From: Octopus bimaculoides
Lineage: Eukaryota
Assembly (NCBI RefSeq): GCF_001194135.2
Contig: NC_068990.1
Location: 69,503,958 to 69,567,957 of the forward strand
Length of the DNA: 64,000 bases
Direction: 5' to 3'
Shown here: positions 23,577 through 35,389 of the stretch, in pieces
How the letters are laid out: the number at the start of each line of letters is the position of its first letter
How positions within the stretch are numbered: position 1 is the stretch's first letter
The notes under the pieces: generated by a model
Seen by the model: the letters and a program-made list of their open reading frames with translations, nothing else
The model's database searches: none
What the model was told of the DNA's origin: nothing
Translations under genes and position numbers: made by a program

Positions 23577-24300
23577 CTTTCACTATTTTAGAACATTAAA
23601 GTTTGTCTCATTCTGTTAGCCATCTTTTATGTATAAAGTTCGAAAAATTGCTGAAACGATCTTTGCAGACAAGAAATTTGTTACAGTTAAGTAGATCACT
23701 AAGTCAGAAATTAAATGAAAATATATTTTAGCATTTTAAATTTCTACCCTGTCACCTTTCAAATGTTTGTTTATTTTGTGTGCCGGCCACAACCCTTAGC
23801 AAAAATACTTCCCATTCTTGATACAATCCCTTTTTTCGTAAATGAAAGAGAAATAAAAATACCATATCGAAATTAGTACCTTACATTCCTTTAGTCAAAT
23901 GCTGTCGAAATTGACTTTCCCCTTCATCTGGTTGAGATTGATAAAGATTTAAACAGCCAGTAGCGTGGTCGATTGATTTTCGTCTTGCGAAAAAGTGGAT
24001 TTAATTTTGTCAAGTCAACAAAAGTTTTAAACTGTATCAAATATCTAAGAAGAGTAAAGTTCTGGCCAAATGGTAACCATGACATGGTATTCAGTTCTGT
24101 TATTCTATTATCGGTGTCAGCTAGATGCTGTGGTCATGCTGGGGCACTGCCATTTGCTCTAATGCTTGTTTTTAGACTTGCAACTAGGTCCTCCCGGCAG
24201 AGAAGCGAGTTGAATAGAGCTGTCCTTCTTTGCGTTTCTTACCATGAACATGTAAATAACATTTACTGTATAAATATACTTCATGAAAAGGTATGAATGT
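23577..24300 (-). promoter_or_regulatory. Candidate promoter / 5' UTR first exon of the minus-strand gene
   Basis: Repeat-poor sequence at the switch from CpG-poor to CpG-rich DNA. Consensus minus-strand donors AAG|GTAAGC (exon end 23577) and ATG|GTAAGA (~24243). No transcript evidence. Confidence 0.3.
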
Positions 24301-25132
24301 CTCAACATCTCATTACCGATCTCTGATAAACATCTGTCAGTAATATATTACTTATTCCTAATCTAACAAGGCTAACGTGGGTTCCCTTAGCTACAATGTT
24401 GTAGGAAAATAAAAAAATAAAACGCGGTTTTATTAAAGTACGAAGCTAAAGAAGTAGTTTACTGGGGTCCTTAAGAGCACTAGTAATGTAATCAGGAACA
24501 GAGGATATTAACAATCAAACAACAACAGCAATAGGAGAGAAAATACAAATTATGAAGATTTACCTAACATCAACAATAGAGCAGAATGATAAAATATATA
24601 ATACGTTATTCAACGATAATCGCATAGACACACACACATACTAAATGTTCATGATTTAATATTTTACCTGTAATATACACAAATAAGTTTTTTCTGTGGC
24701 GTTTCTCCCGCTATTTCTCTTCCTCTTCCTTTCTTCTTTCCAACATTAAAAAGAAGCACACCATATGTGCATAAAAATGCAACAAATATGCACACTTAAA
24801 CACGTGATAGGTTTGAGACTACAAAACATTAAATACACACACACATATATATATATATATACGTTGGAGTGAGTGTGCATAATATTGTGTTCTTGTCGCT
24901 ATGTGAGCAAGAAAGAAGGAAAGTAAACCATTGAACTACCCAATAGTGAGAATTACAGTCAGAAAAGTTAGGGTTTGTTTTATGCTGTGTCAGTTTTGGT
25001 CTTAGATAATAGACGATAACAATAAACTATTTTAATGTATAAAAGTATGTGTAGATAGGTTAATGAGGTGTGGTGAGCTAATATATATATATACCTTATA
25101 TACCCATACATACAGAAGTGTGCTACCCGGCC

Positions 25133-25420
25133 TTTGTTTCCTCATAACTTTCTACAAATATATATCTTTTGGATGACATTTTTGCAGAGAATTATATTTT
25201 AAAATATCTATTTTTCAGAAAGTTATGAAGAAACTAAACCAGGAAAGCCTACTTGGTCGGAATAGCTGTCCCTCGAAGTCCAACATCCTCACAGGAAAGG
25301 CAAAGGATATGCAACTAAGGGCCAGATTTGTAATATATTTTGAAAGAAAAAAAATCAGAATCGCATTAAACAAAAAACAAAGGAAAATATTCCATGAGGT
25401 ACAGGACTTCGAGGGTCAGC
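25133..25420. repeat. Two adjacent short inverted repeats (MITE-like)
   Basis: TTTGTTTCCTCATAACTTTCT / AGAAAGTTATGAAGAAACTAAA and GCTGTCCCTCGAAGTCC / GGACTTCGAGGGTCAGC. Confidence 0.6.
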
Positions 25421-26711
25421 TTTTCTCAAACTCATAAATATCGGCTACTTATCTACCTGTATATATATATATATATNNNNNNNNNNNNNNNNNNNNNNNN
25501 NNNNNNNNNNNNNNNNNNNNNNNNNNNNNNNNNNNNNNNNNNNNNNNNNNNNNNNNNNNNNNNNNNNNNNNNNNNNNNNNNNNNNNNNNNNNNNNNNNNN
25601 NNNNNNNNNNNNNNNNNNNNNNNNNNNNNNNNNNNNNNNNNNNNNNNNNNNNNNNNNNNNNNNNNNNNNNNNNNNNNNNNNNNNNNNNNNNNNNNNNNNN
25701 NNNNNNNNTGAGAAAAGGTGAATGGAAAATATTATCAACTTACCTGGCGGTGTGTAGTACCTGCAGTGCGTTACACAGTGTTGCACTTTGAGGCAAAATG
25801 TGTTTCTTCCTAGGTTTATTATTATTATTATTATTATTATTACACATTCTAAACAATAGGCGCTGAAAAGCTCAAGTCTTTAGTTAAAATCATTCTACCT
25901 GTTCCCCTCCCGTCTCTCTGTCCCGGGATATTATTTTGTATTATTACTTCTTCCACCCACCCCGCTTGTCTGCATGACTAATGTAGGTCAACTTAAGATT
26001 TGATATTTGCTTGTTTTTTGGTTTGTTTGTTTGTTGGTTTGCAACAAGTTGAGGTAGAGCTCGCAATGACTGTGATGATGGCGATAGTGGTGGTATAGGT
26101 GATAAGGTGGTGGTAACAGTAGTGATAGTGATGGCGATGATGGTGTTGCTGATGGTAGTGGTGGTCGTGGTGGTGGTAGAGGTGATGATGGTGTTGGAGG
26201 GATTTGCAGTAGTGATAGAGTTGGTGGTGGTGGTTTTGGAGTGAGCGTTGTGTACTTAACCTCTCTAACTATAGTTTCTGCTCACACCACAACCCAAAAC
26301 TCAACAATACCTAGACGTCTTGGAGGGGGAGGAGGGAAAGGAGCAGGCGGTGAATTACGGGTTTTATTTATATGTTTATTTATTGACAAAGACGATGATA
26401 AGAGTTAATCCGGAGTTTTCAGATTAACTTCAGTATTTTTTATGATTTAACTTCAACACAACCCTGATTTGCAGTATTCCATTTGTGACCATCCTCTTTA
26501 TCTTGCACTAACTTATCTTCTGATAGCTTTGGGTGTGGATTTAGTAGACAGAAACTGATAGAAGCCCACCGTATATATATATATATATATATATGCATAT
26601 ACATACATTCTTTCATTGTTTTTTACGTTTCAGCCCTAAGGCAGTGGCTATACTGGAGCACCTCCAGTGTAATAACCTTTTCAATGGTCAATCTTATGGG
26701 ATTGGTTATAT

Positions 26712-26980
26712 ATAATGGAACCTCGGTCTACGAATTTAATTCGTTCATGAAGGCTGTTCGTTATCGGAAATGTTCGTAAACCGAAACTATTTTCCCAATA
26801 GAAAATTCAAAAGAAGGCACGGTAAATTTGAGCTAGGATGTGCACTGAGCGAAAGCTAGCAAGTGATACTCTCCTACTGATGCTCCCAGCTTCTGACAAA
26901 CTATTGTTTGTCGACTTTCCTGATCGTTACTCGAGACACCCGAGGCGTCTTAGTTCGAAAAATTGCTCCTAAACCAAGGT
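26712..26980 (+). mobile_element. pogo/Tigger-like MITE relic
   Basis: TA-(C/T)AATGGAACCTCGGTCTACGAA left end, internal TTCGTAAACCGAAAC, degenerate right end CTCCTAAACCAAGGT. Confidence 0.45.
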
Positions 26981-27831
26981 GGATCTTTCTGATTTGGCGG
27001 GAACAAATTTTTATCTGTTTTATTTAGTGTGTTTTCTACCGAAACACTTCAAAACTTCGTATACTTGTATATTTTGTCTTATAGAACAGAGAAAAAATTT
27101 TATATTCGAAGTTATTTCATGTTAAAAGTTGTCGGATTTCGGTAATTTCAACCAATCACTGACGTCTATTGAGGCGAAAACAATTACTGCTATGGATTGT
27201 CAACAAAACGTTGTGCGGTGTAATGGGATCTTTTCCCTTGAATAAAATTAGTGCCGTTGTTTGTCAACAACTATCGGTGGTACTGTTATTTATGACATCG
27301 TTCGTGCGTTTGTACTGGTTTAGCTTTAGGGTTTTAGAGTTAGGGATTTAGGGTTATGAGTATTTTTGCCAAATTTGGTGAAAAATTTGTTGCGGTGTAT
27401 TGAACAGATTTTCACCAAATTTGGCAAAAGTACTCATAACCCTAATCCTAACCCTAAAACCCGAACCCTAACCCTAAAACCCTAAAGCTAAAGCCAGTAC
27501 AAACGCACGAACGATGTCATAAATAACAGTACCGCCGATAGTTGTTGACAAACAACGGCACTAATTTTATTCAAGGGAAAAGATCCCATTACACCGCACA
27601 ACGTTTTGTTGACAATTCACAGAAGGAATTTTTTCACCTCAACAGACGTCAGTGATTGGTTGAAATTACCGAAACACGACAATTTTAACACGAAATAACT
27701 TTAAAAAGATAACATTTTCTCAATAACACTAACAGTAAAAGATGTCTTATATGACATATTCTACCAGTGTCCCAAGTTTGAAAGTGTTTCGTTAAGAAAA
27801 CAAGTGGCGGCCGCCAAATCAGAAAGATTCC
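26981..27831. mobile_element. 851-bp foldback element with telomere-like inner repeats
   Basis: Ends GGATCTTTCTGATTTGGCGG / CCGCCAAATCAGAAAGATTCC; arms pair along their whole length around a ~24-bp spacer (27385-27408); TTAGGG/CCCTAA variants near the centre. Confidence 0.9.
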
Positions 27832-27856
27832 TATATCTAGTACATATAACATAATA

Positions 27857-27898
<42 letters not shown>

Positions 27899-28709
27899 CA
27901 TTATCATTAGCGGTAAATGCATAAATCATTAATAATAATAACAACAATAATATTAATGGGCGCAAGCAATAATGCTGTTAATTGGCTAGTCAATAAAGTT
28001 CTACGATTAATACATAATTATTTTTCAGTGAATCTGGTGGCTTATTTCAGTGTTTTAGCTCTTATTTCTAGCAAGCTGGCATTTCGTGTGTCCTATATTG
28101 TAATTATTTAGTAATTATAAAACTTTATATATATATATAATTTGAAATGTATAGTATTAAATATCCAGCACGGCTGATCTTGCCAATCGGTTTCGTGTAA
28201 AGAATACAATGGAGTGTTTGGTAACAAACCGAGTATATAACTTTTCGTTCATCAGAGTTAGCTGATATGGAAAGGCATATTGCGACTGCTCTCTATTGTT
28301 GGAGATGGATTAGCACAACCAGTCAGTGGCTGCTGTGAAAAAGGTGGTGGAATGAAAAGGGGCCAGGTAATTAGTTTAGGAGTTATGTCCCTTGGTTGGG
28401 TACGCTGTGAAGCCGGCAAGAGTTATCTTGAACTGGGAAAAGTGTGTAGTATTAATGTGGTGCTCCTGTGCGGATGGGGTGTGTAGTATGCGTAGCGGTG
28501 TCATATGTATAATTTTTTCTGTGTGTGTAGGTATATATAACTGTATTCGTTGGTCTGTTTTCTTTCCTTAAATGATAAAGTCGTGGGCGGGGTTATGTTA
28601 GTGTGCGTGTAATGTGTATGTGTGGGGGGGGGAGGGTCTGTGTATACCTGTGGGTACAATTTATGTGAAGGGATATATGTTGGGAGTGGGGGAGACAGNN
28701 NNNNNNNNT

Positions 28710-29575
28710 TTTTACCCAGCTCAAGGGCATTAGTGGAAGGTCGAAGCAGGAGACATGTGGTTGCAGTCATGGTAGGGCGCGCAGATACAATAGAATGTAT
28801 TTCCTTTCCTGCTATTCAGGTAGACATCCGGGTGTTGGGTATCTTTTAAAATTGCTCTCTTCTCAGCCAGGCATAACCTGCACTTCTTGCTGCTATTGAA
28901 GTACGGTTTACATCTTTCTAGGATCTTCCACTTTATGCCGTACTCCGTGGCGCTTCTTTTCAAAGTCCAGACGTGCCTGGCTATAGTTGTGGCGTTACAT
29001 CTCTCTGGGATGTTGAATGAAGACTTGTGGTTATTAAAGCAAATTCTGAAGTGGCCTTCCATTGCCCCCACATACTTCCGTACACTCGGTTGTCCACTGG
29101 GTCCTGTTGCTGTTACTTCTGCCTCGTAAACAATTGTTCGCGAATTGCAGTTACCGTTTAGTAGATAAGTTGTGTTAACCCTGCATGAGCATCCTGCCTC
29201 AGCCTCGGGTCTGAGCCTACCTACTAAAATGTTTTTCCCACTAGGTGCACAGATAAAGGATAATATCAGGGTATGTCTATTAAATGTTTTGTTGAATCTA
29301 TTGGTACGGGGGAAGTGTCTATCAACTAAACTAAGAAAGGTCTTACTTGCTCTGGTCTTAACATTTAAAGAGAATGACGGTGTGAACCACAGTACTTTCC
29401 GGTGGCGCTTTCTCTTGGATGGGGGCTAAGGTCTGGCATATAACTAATATTATCCTTGAAACCTTTGGCAGCCAGAGCCCGGTTGAAGTATGTGGCGGCA
29501 GCACCAAAGATCTCTTTGCTTGAAGACAAGCTGGAAATTCTGGTAACGCCCTTAATATATATATATATTTCAAAA
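28710..29575 (-). mobile_element. Penelope-like retroelement: RT thumb/linker and GIY-YIG endonuclease, 5'-truncated
   Basis: RISSLSSSKEIFGAAATYFNRAL; VLWFTPSFSLNVKT; IVYEAEVT...YVGAMEGHFRICFNNHKSSF...IKWKILERCKPY...CRLCLAEK. Confidence 0.9.
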
Positions 29576-29814
29576 TTTAACAGAATCACAACAAACGGGA
29601 AATTTTACAAAAACATAACAAAAAATTCGTACCTAAATCCTCATCAGTCAACGTTCCAAAGATCATTACAATTTCGCGCCTTTTATATATATATATATAT
29701 AAAGGTTACGCTCATTCGCAAAATATTTACATACGAACAATGGACGCTCGGAATTTAAAATGACGTTGTCGGAACGAGCTAGATATTGTGAGAGAAGGAA
29801 ATGAAGTATTATAA

Positions 29815-29905
29815 TTGTTCCGTTGGATTTCTCCTATTAATTGTAATTGTTTCCCTGGATTTCTCCTATTAATTGTAATTGTTTCCCTGGATTTCTCCTA
29901 TTAAT
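29815..29905 (+). repeat. 32-bp tandem repeat x3
   Basis: GTTTCCCTGGATTTCTCCTATTAATTGTAATT units. Confidence 0.9.
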
Positions 29906-30034
29906 TTTAAACAAGTGTGTGTGTGTGTGTGCGTGCGTGCACACATACATACAATGTTTGTATGTGTGTGCGCGCGCATACACGTACATACAATGTTTGT
30001 ATTTGTTTGTGTGTATGCCATCGTATTTGTTGTT

Positions 30035-30245
30035 TGTTTCTCACCATCGCTTGACAACTGGTATTGGTTTGTTTACGTCCTCGTAACGTAACGGTTCAGC
30101 AAAAAGAAACCGCAAGAGTAAGTGCCAAGCTTAACAAAATTACATAAGTACTGAGGGCTATTTGTTTGACTAAATTGCTTAAAGGTGGTTTCATAGCATG
30201 GCCGCAATTCAGTGACTGAAACAATTGAATGATAAAGGATAGCAA
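30035..30245 (+). mobile_element. SINE family A 3' half (CpGs retained)
   Basis: CGCTTGACAACTGG...CGTAACGTAACGGTTC...GCATGGCCGC..TGACTGAAAC. Other partial copies: 30645-30840, 32500-32745, 33520-33670, 36765-36960 (minus) and 47180-47392 (plus). Confidence 0.8.
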
Positions 30246-30846
30246 CAGAAGGAGTTTTGACTGTTATTTCTAGTAAGATCTCGTGATTGCACAGAGACTC
30301 TCCTCGTCGACTCATGTTGAGGTAGTTTCTTTCAGAGGGTCACGTTGTTCCTCTTCATTATTATTGTGATCTCAGAGTAGCTTTAAATAAATTGGACAGT
30401 TAAGGAGGCACAGTTTAAAATTATACTTTAGAGGAGTAGTGGTCATGGTGCGGCTACGGAAGGTGTATGTGAAGCTTAATGAATAATACTTTGGTAACAC
30501 GTTCTTAACCTGAGCGCCCGATGCAGATTGTTGTAGCTTAACAAATCTCTTACAGGTGTGATGTGGTGGTGGTAGCGGTAGTAGGGGGAGACGCGAATAT
30601 GCGTGTGTGTGTATTTAAGTACAGGAATAGATAAGCGTATATGTTTTATCTTTTACTTGTTTCAGTCATTAGACCGCGGCCATATTTAGGCACCGCCTTG
30701 GAGAATAATTTTAGCCGAACAATGGACCCCAGGACTATCTTTTTTCTTAAGCCTGACACTTACTCTTAGTTGCGGAGCCGTAAACACACCAACATCGGTT
30801 GTCAAGCGATAGAAGGGGCACTAACACAAGCACAAACGCACGCGTG

Positions 30847-30878
<32 letters not shown>

Positions 30879-30881
30879 CAC

Positions 30882-31130
30882 ATATGCTTTCGGTGCGAAT
30901 TCTTTTTCTTTTTTTTATTACAGCGCCGTGATTTACAATCCTGTAAATAATAATAAAGGTATTTTTATATAAGCTTTAAAGCCTATGGCGATCAAGGTGC
31001 AATGACTAAGGAAAATAGTCTAATAAAGGGCCATATAAGCCCTCGACAGAAAAACGAAGGCTTTCCCATCCGCGTGGGTGTCGAACCCACACGAGACTAA
31101 GTGTGTTGCCTTTACACCAGCGAATCAGCC
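30882..31130 (-). mobile_element. Short element with a tRNA-like head lacking an anticodon arm
   Basis: ATTCGC-TG-GTGT-AAAGGCA-ACAC-ACTTAGTCTCGT-GTGGG-TTCGACA-CCCAC-GCGGAT: acceptor, D and T stems pair; only ~12 nt lie between the D and T arms. Confidence 0.65.
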
Positions 31131-31199
31131 TTCCTTTTTACTGTCAAATTTAAGAACTATGTATTAGTTAGTATTTGTTTTTATGTAAACTAACTTTCT

Positions 31200-31388
31200 A
31201 TATGCTTTCGGTGCANNNNNNNNNNATTACGGCGCCGTCGCGTTAACAAAAGGATGTGGGTTCGACTCCCACGCGGATGGGAAAGCCTTCTTTTTTCTGT
31301 CGAGGGCTTATATGTCCCTTTATTAGACTATTTTCCTTAGTAATTGCACGGTTATCATCATAAGCTTTAAGCTTATATAAAAAATACC
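31200..31388. mobile_element. Second copy of the 30882-31130 element with its 5' part inverted
   Basis: 31200-31240 repeats 30882-30930 directly; 31256-31388 is the reverse complement of 30958-31090. Confidence 0.75.
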
Positions 31389-32864
31389 ATTAGATATATA
31401 TGTATATATACTTTGGAAGGTCATGACTTTCAGAAAAATGAATATTTTTAATGAAATTTTCTATGCATATATTATTTATTATGTAGATTCGGAATATACA
31501 AACATTTTCGGTGAAAGTATTTTGGAATGGGGGTGGGGGACAATTTTCGGAAACTCCAACAGAGTCCACTTAAATTCCTCTTAACTTCCAGGAAAATGAA
31601 TATTTTTTCGTGAAATTTTCTACAAATATACCTTGATGTATGTACATTTCGAGCATGTAGGAATTTTGAAGGACACAACTGCAGGTTATTTTTGAGAAGT
31701 GTTCCCCACTCGGTGGTGTTTCGGAGCAAGTCGTCCATAATTGTTTCATGTTTCTCTATTAATCTTGTCTACTGCTTCGGTACTGCTTGTACATACAACT
31801 TTTCAGTTATCCATCTGAATATATCTGGCGATTTACCAAAGACATTAGCTCATTACAGCACACCGCTCAATTATTAATTAATCCCAACGATGTAATAAAC
31901 TTAATGGTAATTTTAATATCAATTGTTATGGTACAAATCTACCGTAGGAAGCAAATCCTTTCAAACAGATCATCAGTTAATTATGTCCTCCTCTTCGATT
32001 TTCACAATACTTGCCGTCTGAAAGGTTCAGCCGTTTCGGTATTTTTTCGATTTATAATCACAAAATGAAAGTGGGAAGATTGCCCGAACAATTAATCAAA
32101 CAATCAATTAGTTGCTTGGTTAATTATTAACAAATAAAAAAAGTAAAGAAATGAAATAGAACCAGTGCGTGTGTTTATTATGGGTATAATGACCCTCCTG
32201 AGATTCAATAAAATCTGTTCCAATACAGAAGTTCAGATCAGGTATCTTACAAACTAAATATAAAAACGAAATATCAAAAGCAATCAAGCATTAAAAAAAA
32301 ATTGTAATTTTGAAAAATCGCAGAAAACAAAAAAATTAGAGGAAAATTAGAGGAGGATTAAAAACTTGAAATTTTGTTTTTTCAAAAGAAATTTTTGAGA
32401 AATAATGGTAGGTTGATGCCAATTCGACATATCTGCTTGGAGATTGTCGAATAGTGTCGATATTCCCACTTTGGTTATGGGATTCCAAAACGAAAGAATG
32501 CCGTTAGAATTACCTTCTATCTTTGGTTGTTTCAGTCACTGGATTCTGGTCATGATAGGCGTCGTCTTGATGACTTTTAATCGAACAAATCGATCCCAGT
32601 ACTTATATTTTAAAAGGTCTGTCACTTTTCTTAATGGTCTCTTTGCCGAACCGCTACGTTACGGAGACGTAAACAAACTAACACCAGTTGTCAAGCGGTG
32701 ATGGTGAGTGGTGGAGACCACAAACATAAAGAAACACACACGTTTATATATATATATATATATATATATATNNNNNNNNNNNNNNNNNNNNNNNNNNNNN
32801 NNNNNNNNNNNNNNNNNNNNNNNNNNNNNNNNNNNNNNNNNNNNNNNNNNNNNNNNNNNNATGT

Positions 32865-33400
32865 ATATATAGGGCAGGTAAAATTCCCGAGATCCATGGG
32901 CGAGTTCACTCCAGCGGTCTTCGTCCCTCATCATCGCTGCCATGTCCTGTGCCTCCCAGAGGCCAGTATTTTACCTTAGAGCATCAACATATGTCATCCC
33001 CGGTTTCTTTTTTCTAGTGTGTCCGTGTAGGGGCTCCCACAGGAGCACTGGGTGCAGTATCAACTCTGAATGACGGTGAGCATGTCCAGCTAACCTCAGT
33101 CTCCTCTGTGCTATTTTCGAGCTAACTATTGGGAAGCTCTTGTACAGCTCTGAGTTCTTCACCCTCAGTGTATACTGATTAATGTTCAGAGCCATCCTCA
33201 GCATTCTCGTGTAGCACCCATCCACCATCTGAGTAGGTTTCTTGGTCAGTGTCCAAGTCTCAGACCCGTACAACAGCACAGGCTCCACTGTAGCAACGAT
33301 GAGACGAATCTTCAGGTCTTTACGAAAGTCCGACTTCCATACAGATCTCAAACTGTGGCATGCCGCCCAGGCTTTACCCTTCCTCTCAGCTATATTATCC
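32865..33400 (-). mobile_element. RTE LINE 3' ORF fragment
   Basis: VEPVLLYGSETWTLTK...YTRMLRMALN...RRLRLAGHAHR...TYVDAL...DRWSEL. Confidence 0.9.
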
Positions 33401-33413
33401 ACACATATATCTA

Positions 33414-33478
<65 letters not shown>

Positions 33479-34581
33479 ATACACGTATATATACATACAT
33501 ATATGTATGTGTGTGTGTACGATGGGATTCTACACAGTTTCTGCCGGTCAAATCCACTCGCAAGGCATTAGTCGGCCCAGGGCTATAGTAGAAAATATTT
33601 GCACAATGAGCTGTGTAGGGCGACTGAACACGAAACCACTTGGCTGCAAAATGAGTTTCTCAGCCACACATCCTTGTCTGCTATCCAAAAATTATTTTGA
33701 GACAAGACATCAAATTGAGAATAAAATATTAAAAATTTTTTCAGTTTCATTTATTGGCAAGTTTTGGTCAATAATTAACGAACATTCTTTTTTTTATTTT
33801 ACCCTGTTGTTCTCTAGTTTCATTTTCGGTTTCTATTTCTGAATGTTTAAATACAAATGACTTGCATATTTAGGCTTTACCACTCAGTAAACAGGGTGGC
33901 CAGTGGTTTCAATCATTTCTCTATCTGATTTACCGATAGGTTATCAGATATATATGACATTTGTAAGTAGCCCCAATCACCAGTACTGATCAATCAGTTC
34001 GATTGATCGCTTCCAGTTAGTGGAAATTATTGTCTTTAAGGTCAACGCATATCTTTCATTGACCTAATATAATTACTTATATATCTATATAATGCCAGAA
34101 AGTTAATCCTCAACAGCAGTGAGCTAGCAATATTTCCTGTTAGAGTATGAGCAAAGAAAGATAAGAGGATTAAAGAGATTTCTGATTCTGGGTACAAAAT
34201 CTGGAGTAGTGGTGGGAGGGGGTCTATTTTGGGGATTGCACTGTACTCTAATAAATACGGTAGGCTGCTACTGCTGCTGTTATTATTTAGGCTCAGTTCA
34301 GCTTTGACTTCAACAGACTTAACATCAGATTATCCAGGACAAAGGGGAGATATTTTTAGTGTCCCTTTAAGATAATAAGCTTTTGTTTAAGGGACGTTTT
34401 GCTTTTTTTTGTCTAGGAAGCTGAGTTACTATGTAGGGTCTTCTTCATGTTGTAAATATATAACGAGGTGAATATACACAAACTAGCATTTATTAACAAA
34501 ATTATCGAAAGCTGTTTTACCTCTTGTTTTGAGTTTCGGAAATGAAAGCAAATGACTATTTTATGATAAAGAGTCATTATG

Positions 34582-35389
34582 AATAGAAATATTAATATTT
34601 CTAGGTCTCTCTAAAGGAGACTACGGCAGCGGTACTGGATATTAATAGTTATCGCCAAGCCAGCATGGCAGTCCAAAAAATAGGACGAATGCTGCCGTTG
34701 ATCAGCTCCAAGAGGCCATCGACTCTAGCTCGCTATGCGACACACGAATCTGTGTCCATTATAACCTTCGAACAGGGGAGGTCAGCCGCTTCCCCTTGCT
34801 GGTCTGGCATCCACAGACTTGCTATCAATGTAGAGCAGCCGAGCCCAGCAGGCGTCGCTCTGAACGTCTGTAAGAAGGATTATTTACCTAAATTCAGTGG
34901 AATACATCCACTGGTTTTAAAAAATAGAAATATTAATATTTCTGAGTCTCTCTAAAGGAGACTACGGCAGCGGTACTGGATATTAATAGTTATCGCCAAG
35001 CCAACTTGGCAGTTCAAAAAAATAGGACGAATGCTGCCGTTGATCAGCTCCAAGAGGCTATCGCCTCTAGCTAGCTATGTGACACACGAACCTGTGTCCA
35101 TTATAACCTTCGAACAGGGGAGGTAAATAATCCTTCGTACAGACGGTCAGTAGCGACGCCTGCTGGGTTCGGCTGCTCTACATTGATAAGGGGCAAACAC
35201 CCTGAAACTAGTCTGTAAATGCCAGACCAGCAAGAGGAAGCGGCTGACCTCCCCTGTTCGAAGGTTATAATGGACACAGGTTCGTGTGTCACATAGCTAG
35301 CTAGAGGCGATGGCCTCTTGGAGCTAATCAACGGCAGCATTCATCCTATTTTTTTGACTGCCATGCTGGCTTGGCGATAACTATTAATA
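34582..35389. repeat. Triplicated ~300-bp CpG-rich unit: direct, direct (truncated), inverted
   Basis: Unit 1 34582-34889 (+), unit 2 34923-35124 (+), unit 3 35121-35389 (-); AGGT is shared at the unit 2/3 junction. Confidence 0.9.

Noticed and set aside
27325-27490. True or interstitial telomere
   Set aside because: Few, degenerate units arranged symmetrically inside a foldback element.
31067-31126. Functional tRNA gene
   Set aside because: No anticodon arm; embedded in a duplicated repeat.
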